The notes under the pieces are model-generated. The model saw only the letters and a list, made by a program, of their open reading frames with translations, was not told where the DNA came from and did not search any database. From Polyangiales bacterium (GTDB lineage Bacteria > Myxococcota_A > Polyangia > Polyangiales > Houyiibacteriaceae), in the NCBI GenBank assembly GCA_045106895.1, contig JBGCFM010000001.1, positions 1 to 64,000 of the forward strand: a stretch of DNA of 64,000 bases, read 5' to 3'. Shown here one piece after another: positions 56,245 through 64,000 of this stretch (position 1 is the stretch's first letter; every line of letters starts with the position of its first letter). Both the position numbers and the translations under genes were made by a program.

Positions 56245-57459
56245 ATGGCCGAATGGGTCTGGGAAGCGCGTGGGCGCAACGGCGAAGTCAAAAAGGGAAC
56301 GATGGAGGCGGAGAACGCTGAACTCGTTCAGAGCCGACTTCGTGCACAGCAGCTGAACCCCGTCAAAGTTAAGAAGAAGCCACGGGAGTTCCACATCAAC
56401 ATCGGCGCGCCGGTGACTGAGAAGGAGCTCGTGGTCTTCGTTCGCCAGTTCGCGACGATGATCGATGCGGGTCTGCCGCTGGTTCAGTGCCTCGATATCT
56501 TGTCGACGCAGGGCGGGACCAACAAGCAGTTCAACTCTATCCTCAAAGACGTCAAAGGCTTCGTCGAGCAGGGCGGTACTTTTTCAGAGGGCCTAGCGCG
56601 CCATCCGAAGGTGTTCGACTCGCTCTTCGTCAACCTCGTCGCCGCAGGTGAGCTGGGCGGCATTCTCGACACGATTCTGCAGCGCCTCGCCGTCTACATT
56701 GAAAAACGAGTAAAGCTAAAGCGCCAAGTGCGTGGTGCCCTCGTCTATCCAACGGCGGTTCTCCTCATCGCCTTCGCCGTCATCTTCGTCATGATGACCT
56801 GGGTCATTCCCGCCTTCGAAGGCATGTTCGAAGAGTTCGGTGGAGCCGACCAGCTACCCAAGCTCACCAAGGTCATCATCTCGATGAGCAATTGGTTCGT
56901 CGGAAACCTCCACTGGATCATTCTGTTCATCTTCGTGTTCACCACGTCGATCAGCTACAGCTTCCGGACCAAGTCGGGGCGAATATTCTGGCACAAGCTC
57001 TTCCTAAATATGCCGGTCATCGGCCCCGTGATGCGCAAGATTGCCGTCGCACGCTTTACGCGAACGCTAGGCACCCTGCTCTCCTCTGGTGTTCCGATTC
57101 TCGACGCGATGGACATCGTCTCCAAGGCCTCCGGGAATGTCATCGTGGAGAAGGCTATCAACGATACGTCGGACCGAATCCGCGAAGGCCAGACGATGAG
57201 CGAGCCGCTCATGGCGACGGGTGTCTTCCCGCCCATGGTCGTTCAGATGATTGGCGTCGGAGAGCAGACCGGTGCCCTCGACAACATGCTGAACAAGATC
57301 GCCGACTTCTACGAGGATGAAGTCGATGTCGCCGTAGCCGCCCTGACATCTCTCCTCGAACCCCTGATGATGGTGTTTATCGGCGGCATCGTCGGCACAA
57401 TCCTCATCGCGATGTACATGCCTATCTTCGAGATCGCCGGCAAGATCCAGGGCGAATAG
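56245..57459 (+). CDS. pilC: Type IV pilus platform protein PilC (T2SS F family)
   Basis: RQFATMIDAGLPL, AGELGG, ALVYP, RFTRTLGTLLSSGVP, GEQTGAL, LLEP, AMYMPIF; GGAGG RBS. Confidence 0.97.
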   Translation: MAEWVWEARGRNGEVKKGTMEAENAELVQSRLRAQQLNPVKVKKKPREFHINIGAPVTEKELVVFVRQFATMIDAGLPLVQCLDILSTQGGTNKQFNSILKDVKGFVEQGGTFSEGLARHPKVFDSLFVNLVAAGELGGILDTILQRLAVYIEKRVKLKRQVRGALVYPTAVLLIAFAVIFVMMTWVIPAFEGMFEEFGGADQLPKLTKVIISMSNWFVGNLHWIILFIFVFTTSISYSFRTKSGRIFWHKLFLNMPVIGPVMRKIAVARFTRTLGTLLSSGVPILDAMDIVSKASGNVIVEKAINDTSDRIREGQTMSEPLMATGVFPPMVVQMIGVGEQTGALDNMLNKIADFYEDEVDVAVAALTSLLEPLMMVFIGGIVGTILIAMYMPIFEIAGKIQGE

Positions 57460-57466
57460 CCCTTCT

Positions 57467-59092
57467 ATGTCCGGTGAGACAACGCCGCCAAAAGCCACGG
57501 CGGAGGGCATTTCCACGGAGTCCGACCCGAGACTGATTCGCCGGCTCCAAGGACTGCTCCTTGTTCGACTTGTCGTCGCAACAGTGCTCCTCGGAGGAAT
57601 GCTCTACGTGACGAGTGACCGGGGGTATTCCGGTTTCACCTCGACGGCGCTTATCGCGCTCATCGCGATGACCTTCGCTGGTTCCGCGCTCTTTGGTGGG
57701 ATGCTCCTCTCCCGTGCCGCCACCACGGCCCTCGTTGGCTCACAACTCGGCTTCGATCTTCTCCTCGCAACGGGGTTCGTCTACCTCTCAGGCGCAGCAT
57801 CGAGCTTCTTCACCAGCCTCTACGGCGTCACGATTCTCGCTGCCGCTGTCGTTTCGTCTCCGCTCGGAACGCGGGTTACCACCGTCGTGGCCGTGGCGCT
57901 CTATCTCGTGGTGGCCTTGGGTATCCCGGTGGGAGTGTTCCCTCCGCCTCCGGATCAGCCCCTGGGCCTTTACGCGCTCCAAGACACCGAGTTGGGTTTT
58001 GTGGTGCTCGCGAATCTCTTCGGACTTGGGCTCGTGGGTATCCTCTCTGAGCGCCTAGCGACGAGACTCGACCTCGCCGGCGCCTCTCTTCGCAAAGCCA
58101 AGGAACTCACCCGAGGCGTCGTCGAGTCCCTCACCTCTGGACTACTCACGATGGACCCGAGTGGCACGATCTCCAGCGCGAACTCTGCCGCCGCACGGCT
58201 CCTTGGGAGCGAACCAGACGTGCTCGTTGGTTTGCCGGTCACCCAGTTTCTTCCGCTCGCGGCGGACCATGGGCGAGGTGAAGGAGAGGCCACGGGCGCG
58301 AAAGGGAACACCTTCCCCGTGGGGTACACGAGCGCGCCGCTTCGTGGTGAGCAAGGCGCACTCGTTCTGTTCACCGACCTCACGGAGATTCGCTCCTTGC
58401 GGGAAGCCGCTTCAAGAGCGGACCGACTTGCGACGTTGGGTCGACTCGCCTCCGGACTGGCCCACGAGATTCGAAACCCCCTCGGTGCAATTTCCGGCTC
58501 GGTGCAAATGGTCCGAGACTCCGTCACCGGGGAGGACAAATCACTCCTCGACATCGTCCTCAGCGAAGTGGACCGGCTCAACGACCTCGTTACGCAGATG
58601 CTCGATGTGGCCCGGCCCCCGGTACTTCGCCGGGCCCCAACACTCATCCATGAATTGTGCGCCGAAGTCGTGTTGATGACACGCGCGGATGAGTCTTTCC
58701 GCAACGTGAAGTTTCGAGCGGAAGGCAGCAGCGCGCCAGTCAACGTCGACTCCGCGCGCTTTCGGCAGCTCATCTGGAACCTCCTCAAGAACGCTGCCCA
58801 AGCCTCACCGCCGGGCGGAGTCGTCTCCCTCGTGACTTCCGAGACCGACGACATGGTGGTCCTAACGGTCAGCGATGAAGGCGATGGCATCGACGAGAGT
58901 CAGCGTGAGCATCTCTTCGATATGTTCTCGAGCGGCCATGACCATGGCATCGGCCTAGGGCTCGCCGTCGTGCGACAAATCGTCGACACCCACGGTGCTG
59001 CCATCCATGTGACGAACAATGAGGATGCGGGCGCTCAGTTCGTCGTGGAGATTCCACTCGAAGACCCAGAGAGCAAGGTTCCCCATGCGTGA
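57467..59092 (+). CDS. pilS: PilS-like membrane sensor histidine kinase
   Basis: About six TM helices, PAS-like region, AHEIRNPL, NLLKNA, DEGDGI, GIGLGL; follows pilC. Confidence 0.75.
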   Translation: MSGETTPPKATAEGISTESDPRLIRRLQGLLLVRLVVATVLLGGMLYVTSDRGYSGFTSTALIALIAMTFAGSALFGGMLLSRAATTALVGSQLGFDLLLATGFVYLSGAASSFFTSLYGVTILAAAVVSSPLGTRVTTVVAVALYLVVALGIPVGVFPPPPDQPLGLYALQDTELGFVVLANLFGLGLVGILSERLATRLDLAGASLRKAKELTRGVVESLTSGLLTMDPSGTISSANSAAARLLGSEPDVLVGLPVTQFLPLAADHGRGEGEATGAKGNTFPVGYTSAPLRGEQGALVLFTDLTEIRSLREAASRADRLATLGRLASGLAHEIRNPLGAISGSVQMVRDSVTGEDKSLLDIVLSEVDRLNDLVTQMLDVARPPVLRRAPTLIHELCAEVVLMTRADESFRNVKFRAEGSSAPVNVDSARFRQLIWNLLKNAAQASPPGGVVSLVTSETDDMVVLTVSDEGDGIDESQREHLFDMFSSGHDHGIGLGLAVVRQIVDTHGAAIHVTNNEDAGAQFVVEIPLEDPESKVPHA

Positions 59093-59732
59093 GCAACGCG
59101 CCCTCCTGCGGCAGGGCTGGCTGATCGCATCGGCTGGAGTCCGTCGCGGTGTCAAACGACGCCCAGAGTCCGGCGCGTGCGCGGTGTTTGCACATGGTTT
59201 CATGGCCGGCGCGGCGGTCATGGACCCGCTCCGGCGCAGCGTGTCCGACAATCTCGGCATCGATACCGTGGCTTTTGACTACGGTCCCCTCGCCTCGTTT
59301 GATCGGACCGCGAAGCGACTCGCCTCCGTCGCGAGGATGGCGAGCGCCGGGCGCCAACTGATTCTCGTTGGCCACTCTCTCGGCGGGCTTCTCGCTCGTC
59401 ACGCGGTGGCCTTCGAGTCGCTTTCGCCGGCGCTGCTCCTCAGCATCGCGACGCCGCATCAGGGAACCGAACGAGCTACCGGGGTGCCCGGGTCCTTGGG
59501 GCGCGCGCTCCGACCGAACAGCGACATTCTCACCAACCTCCCGACCGATTCCCGCGTGCCTCACGTCGCCATCGTCGCTGGCGCCGACACCGTCGTAGTT
59601 CCGCTCGCGAGCGCCGCCGCGAGTGGCGCGCTCGTTCACACCTTGCCTCGCGTCGGACACAACGAGATCCTGTTTCACTCGGAAACGCACGCCATCGTGT
59701 GCGAGTCCATTCGGAAGCAGACAAAGCTCTAG
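59085..59732 (+). CDS. Lipase-like alpha/beta hydrolase
   Basis: FAHGF, VGHSLGG, IATPHQGT, D.VV, GHNEIL. Confidence 0.85.
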   Translation: MREQRALLRQGWLIASAGVRRGVKRRPESGACAVFAHGFMAGAAVMDPLRRSVSDNLGIDTVAFDYGPLASFDRTAKRLASVARMASAGRQLILVGHSLGGLLARHAVAFESLSPALLLSIATPHQGTERATGVPGSLGRALRPNSDILTNLPTDSRVPHVAIVAGADTVVVPLASAAASGALVHTLPRVGHNEILFHSETHAIVCESIRKQTKL

Positions 59733-59804
59733 TGCGTGACTCGACGATTCCGCGCCATCTCTTCGGTGGCCGCAATGTGGCCGTGCGTCGTTACGAGATG
59801 AGCT

Positions 59805-60869
59805 CTAATAGCGTGGCACCCATCGCTCCGCTTGGTACCAGCGCAGCACTTCTTTGAACCCAGCTTCAAAATGCGGGTAGCGCGGCTCCCAACCAAGGCC
59901 ACGCAACTTGCGCGTCTGCACAACGCGGCTTCGTCGCAAGTCTGCCAAGATCTCGGCATCGAAGCGAGGTCGGAGAGCCGGCTTGAGGTCGTGCCGCGCG
60001 ATGACGGCGCGCCATCCGGCCAGGGTGGTCACGTCGAGTCCCGCGGACAACGTGCCGCTGAGCGCGTCGAGGAGCCCGTCCAGGACAGTCCCGGGCGGAG
60101 TGGGCACGGGCCAAGTTTTGAGCCCGTAGGCATGGAAGGTCGCTGTGAGACGCTCACCGAGAGGCATCGGGTCGTTGTCAGCAACATTAAAAACCTCGCC
60201 CTCGCAAGCCTCGTGTTCGAGAACGAAGAGCGCTGCGCGTGCAACATCTTCTGCGTGCACCATCGAGCCACGAGGCCCACCGACGGGGCGCGGCAAGCGC
60301 GGCGAAAGAAGGCGAAGGAGTGGCCCGATGGCGAGAAGCGCCGCACCAAAGTGCCGGCCTCGCCTTCCGTAAATAGGCGCAGCTCTCAGCACGGTCCAGG
60401 GGCAGCCGCTCTTCCCGGCGTTACCGCGGAAGTAGAGTTCGCCGCCGAGCTTGGACATGCTGTACGGCCCCTCCGGCGCGAGCCGTGAGGACTCGACGCG
60501 GGGGTCCGACGACGGCGCATAGAGCGTAGCCACACTGAGGTGAACGAAACGTGAGCAGCCGGCGCGCGTGGCCGCCTCGTGAAGGTCGGCGACGGCCTCG
60601 CTGTTGATGGCAGACAGCGTCGCGGCGTTTTCGCGCACGTCGAGGACGGCGGCGGTGTGAATGACGGCATCACACCCCTTGAGGAGGGCGTCCATGCACG
60701 AGGGGTCTCGAAGGTCCGCGGGACGAACCTCCCCACGTACCGGCGTTCGAATTCCACGTGCGCTGACGTCCGACGCGATCACCCGGTGACCGGCGGCCTC
60801 GGCGAGTGACATCACATAGTTGCCGACCGTTCCACGCGCGCCGGTGACCAAGACTGTCTTCCGCTTCAT
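59805..60869 (-). CDS. NAD-dependent epimerase/dehydratase
   Basis: VTGARGTVG, VIHTAA, YSMSK, LRAAPIYG. Confidence 0.88.
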   Translation of the reverse strand: MKRKTVLVTGARGTVGNYVMSLAEAAGHRVIASDVSARGIRTPVRGEVRPADLRDPSCMDALLKGCDAVIHTAAVLDVRENAATLSAINSEAVADLHEAATRAGCSRFVHLSVATLYAPSSDPRVESSRLAPEGPYSMSKLGGELYFRGNAGKSGCPWTVLRAAPIYGRRGRHFGAALLAIGPLLRLLSPRLPRPVGGPRGSMVHAEDVARAALFVLEHEACEGEVFNVADNDPMPLGERLTATFHAYGLKTWPVPTPPGTVLDGLLDALSGTLSAGLDVTTLAGWRAVIARHDLKPALRPRFDAEILADLRRSRVVQTRKLRGLGWEPRYPHFEAGFKEVLRWYQAERWVPRY

Positions 60870-60880
60870 GTTCCACTCCC

Positions 60881-61702
60881 TTAAGGAGTGTCTAGCGCGC
60901 CTCGCCAGGTCTTCAAGGTTGTCTCGGGGTCGCCCTGGCGCATCAAACCTTCACCGATGAGCGCAGCATCCGCGCGGCCTGCGGCAACACGCGCGAAGTC
61001 GCTCTGCGTGCGAATCCCGCTCATGTAGATAGCCACTCGCTCGGCGGGTATCCGGTCGACGGCACGCGCAGCGGCACCAGGGTCTACATCGAAGGTGGTC
61101 AGGTCTCGCGCGTTGAAACCAACAATGGCTGCGCCGGTGTCGATAGCAACGTCGAGTTCGTCCGGGCTTGCAGCCTCCACCACGGGCGCGAGGCCACGCG
61201 CGGCGCACGCGTCGACGAGTTCTTGGAGGAGCGAGACCTCCAGAGCCCGAACGATCAGCAGGACATAGCGAGCGCCCATTGAAGCTGCCAAGTCGAGTTG
61301 CGTCTCGCCGAGGACGAACTCTTTGAAGAGGACCGGCGCTTCGATGGAGGTCGCCACCCTCCGCACGTTGAGCGGCGAACCGCCGAAGCCAGGGCCGTCC
61401 GCCAGAACGCTCACAGCGCTCGCTCCGCCTCGTGCGTATGCCTTCGCGATCGCGACGACATCGCCGGCCTTTCGAGGACGAAATACACCTGCGCTGGGGC
61501 TCCGAAACTTGAGCTCCGCGATAATGTGTGGGGGGTCGCCCTTCCTTCGGCGAAGGCGCGCCACGGCGTCGCTGATTCGCAAAGCCGCATTTTCATGAAG
61601 CGGCGCCCGGTACATGTGGGCGAAGCGCTCGCGTCGCGCATTCTCTTTCCGCTTGCGAGCGAGGATCTGAGCGAGTCGATTACCCGGCGCGGACTCAGCC
61701 AT
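60881..61702 (-). CDS. trpC: Indole-3-glycerol phosphate synthase
   Basis: IIAELKFRSPSAG, SAVSVL, PVLFKEF, VLLIV, GFNARDL, LIGEGLMR; ATG overlaps the trpD stop. Confidence 0.93.
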   Translation of the reverse strand: MAESAPGNRLAQILARKRKENARRERFAHMYRAPLHENAALRISDAVARLRRRKGDPPHIIAELKFRSPSAGVFRPRKAGDVVAIAKAYARGGASAVSVLADGPGFGGSPLNVRRVATSIEAPVLFKEFVLGETQLDLAASMGARYVLLIVRALEVSLLQELVDACAARGLAPVVEAASPDELDVAIDTGAAIVGFNARDLTTFDVDPGAAARAVDRIPAERVAIYMSGIRTQSDFARVAAGRADAALIGEGLMRQGDPETTLKTWRGALDTP

Positions 61703-62714
61703 GAGAGCACTCAGCCCAGCGCTTGAGCGCGTTCGCGGCGGCACCTTCGTCAATGCTCGCCGCGGCCATCGCTGCACCCGCTTCAAGGGTACTGGCTGCC
61801 CCGGCGATAAAGAGCGCAGCGCCGGCGTTCGCAAGAATCGCGAGTCGCGGGCCGCCCTTTTCCCCGCCCAAGATGCGGCGAGCGATCTGAGCGTTCTCCG
61901 CGGCGTCCCCGCCCTGCAATGAACTCAGAGGGGCAGAGTCGAGGCCAAACGACGCGGGAGTGACCTCGAACTCGTCGATGACGCTTCCGTTCCACGAGGA
62001 CACATGCGTCGTCCCCGTCGGCGCGATTTCGTCCAGCCCACCTTCGCCATGGACCACCCACGCTCCCGCGATGCCAAGCTCGCGAAGCACCTCTGCCATC
62101 TGCGTTGTTCGGCGGCGCTCATAGACGCCGACGAGTTGGTGTGTCGCTCCCGCAGGATTCGCGAGGGGCCCTAGGAGGTTGAAGAACGTGCGCATCCCCA
62201 GCTCACGGCGAGCTGGAGCGACGTGGCGGAGCGCTGCGTGATGCGCGGGCGCGAAGAGAAACGCGATGCCTGCTTCACGGAGGCACGTTCGGAGAACGTC
62301 GTCGCTGCATTCCAGCTTCACGCCTAACGCTTCGAGAACATCGGCGCTCCCCGAACGACTTGAGACCGCCCGGTTGCCGTGCTTGGCCACACTCACGCCA
62401 GCGCCCGCGACAACGATTGCGCTGAGCGTTGAGATGTTGATGCTGCCTGCGCCATCACCGCCGGTTCCGCACGTGTCGACGAGGGGTCCCGTGGGTGCCA
62501 GGTCGACGCGGTGAGCCGCGTCCCGCATGGCCCGGACCGCGGCGGCGATTTCTCCCGGAGTCTCGACGCGCATCCGCAACGCAATCGCGAACGCCGCGAT
62601 CTGAGCGGACGTGGCTTCGCCGGCGAGGACCTCGTTCATGACGTCCTGCATCTGCTCTGCCGGAAGGATCTCACCCTCCACCACGGCCGTCAGCGCGCTT
62701 CGAATTCTGCTCAT
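61695..62714 (-). CDS. trpD: Anthranilate phosphoribosyltransferase
   Basis: DTCGTGGD, NISTL, AKHGNR.VSSRSGSADVLE, RTFFNLLGPLANP, GLDE. Confidence 0.97.
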   Translation of the reverse strand: MSRIRSALTAVVEGEILPAEQMQDVMNEVLAGEATSAQIAAFAIALRMRVETPGEIAAAVRAMRDAAHRVDLAPTGPLVDTCGTGGDGAGSINISTLSAIVVAGAGVSVAKHGNRAVSSRSGSADVLEALGVKLECSDDVLRTCLREAGIAFLFAPAHHAALRHVAPARRELGMRTFFNLLGPLANPAGATHQLVGVYERRRTTQMAEVLRELGIAGAWVVHGEGGLDEIAPTGTTHVSSWNGSVIDEFEVTPASFGLDSAPLSSLQGGDAAENAQIARRILGGEKGGPRLAILANAGAALFIAGAASTLEAGAAMAAASIDEGAAANALKRWAECSHG

Positions 62715-63307
62715 CGGGGCCTCACACGTGGCCCTTGGGGCTCGTCAAACTCATCGTCGAACTCGTCGAAGCCCATCGGACGCGGCGCCGCCTCCTCTTC
62801 GTTCTCTTCTTCGTCATCGTCCTCGGGGCGACGTATCGCTTGAATCTCTGCGGCGAGGTCCAGTAACGCAGCCTCGGCTTGACGCTGTGCTGCGCTCGCC
62901 TCGACGAAGGCCAAGTCTTCGACAAGACCGCGCGCCAAGATACGAGCGTATGCCGCTGTGCTCGTCTCGCGTGCACGCAGCTTTTCGAGGGCGCTCGATT
63001 TCAGGCGACGGCCCAGGGCGCTGCTCACCTCCAGCGCCTCCACTCGCTCGATGTGACGCCTCATCGAAGGCAGCGCGCCGCTCTCCAACATCTGGGCCGC
63101 ACGAGCGGGCAGGTCGTCCGCGACGAATCGGTCCGCTTCTTCGAGGACGAGAATCGCTTCGTCCCCGGTGAGCGCCTCAAGAACCGCGTCCACTTCGCCC
63201 CGCTCGGAAGTCGTTGGCCCCGTGGGCTCGTCGGAGGACCCGCAGGCAGCGAGAGCGAGGGCGAGACAGGACGCAGCGAGTGCCCATGGCCGCGAAACCG
63301 CAATCAT
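62711..63307 (-). CDS. Hypothetical helical lipoprotein
   Basis: Lipobox LAAC; acidic C-terminus; overlaps the trpD start. Confidence 0.65.
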   Translation of the reverse strand: MIAVSRPWALAASCLALALAACGSSDEPTGPTTSERGEVDAVLEALTGDEAILVLEEADRFVADDLPARAAQMLESGALPSMRRHIERVEALEVSSALGRRLKSSALEKLRARETSTAAYARILARGLVEDLAFVEASAAQRQAEAALLDLAAEIQAIRRPEDDDEEENEEEAAPRPMGFDEFDDEFDEPQGPRVRPR

Positions 63308-64000
63308 CTACTGCTCGTTCGACGCGGGGTGTTCGCTGAGCTGTCCGCATCGTTCCCGAAAGAACTTCTCGGTGCGCAGGTTGACGAGCTCCGGGTATTC
63401 AACGGCGACGTAGTGCGTTCCTCCGGGCACGACCATGATCTCCGCACCGGGGATCTGACGTGCCATCCGCTCAGCGGCGGCACGCGGAGTAAAGACATCG
63501 CGGTCGCCGGCGATGAGCAGCGTCGGGACGAGGACCGACGAAAGCACGTCGCTGGCGTCATGTTCCCCGAGAAACTCGAGGATGCGCATGTAGAGGCCCA
63601 TATCGAGGTCTGCGAAGCTGCCTGCCAGCTGTTGGAAGATGTCCTCATCGAGGCTGCGCGCAGCAAGACCGATGCGTTTGGCCCACTGAACGGTCTCGGG
63701 CATGCCCACAAAACGTCGCGTTACCGCTTCGGCGATTCGAGGCATCGCGCCGATTCCGCGAATCAGGGGTGGCAACACATCCCCCATGAACCCGAGGTTC
63801 ATGACGCTTCGGTAGGGTTGGCCAGCGACGCCATTGATGAGCAGCAGCTGGGCGACTTTGCTCGGCTGTCGACGGTAAAACTCAAGGGCGACCTGAACGC
63901 CCATCGACCAGCCAAAAAGGGTGGCCTCCTCGGCACCTTCGGCTGCGAGCACCGCGAGGGCGTCCTGAACGTGATCCTCGACGCGAAGCGCATCAGGCGT
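63308..64000 (-). CDS. Alpha/beta hydrolase (5' end beyond window)
   Basis: GWSMG nucleophile elbow, PTLLIAGDRD, GGTHY. Confidence 0.85.
   Translation of the reverse strand, partial: TPDALRVEDHVQDALAVLAAEGAEEATLFGWSMGVQVALEFYRRQPSKVAQLLLINGVAGQPYRSVMNLGFMGDVLPPLIRGIGAMPRIAEAVTRRFVGMPETVQWAKRIGLAARSLDEDIFQQLAGSFADLDMGLYMRILEFLGEHDASDVLSSVLVPTLLIAGDRDVFTPRAAAERMARQIPGAEIMVVPGGTHYVAVEYPELVNLRTEKFFRERCGQLSEHPASNEQ

Overview
GC-rich chromosomal window from a myxobacterium (Myxococcota; the protein style suggests Polyangia/Sandaracinaceae, which is an inference). It holds about 53 densely packed CDS. Housekeeping genes: hisS, efp-epmA, mazG, holB, tatD, rplC-rlmE, glnD, an amidase, purM-purN, pilT/pilC/pilS-like and trpD-trpC. 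These are interleaved with typical myxobacterial cysteine-rich surface proteins, two Hanks-type Ser/Thr kinases and TPR/PEGA proteins. I recognised no rRNA, tRNA, CRISPR array, transposase or phage gene. The most striking system is a tightly coupled five-gene operon (18523-23322): VTC-domain polyphosphate polymerase, DUF4956 membrane protein, HlyD-type adaptor, TolC-like channel and DUF3616 lipoprotein. It has no ABC or RND pump, which suggests polymerase-coupled export of polyphosphate. Other highlights: a bacterial lipoprotein with three SRCR domains; a traAB-like pair with a VWA head; a MITE-like insertion into a hairpin; a GlnD with a dead HD domain; an EpmA that appears to keep an OB-fold; an orphan rplC; a kinase module inside the pil cluster; and many apparently leaderless genes. 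All family calls come from motif recognition by eye, not database searches.
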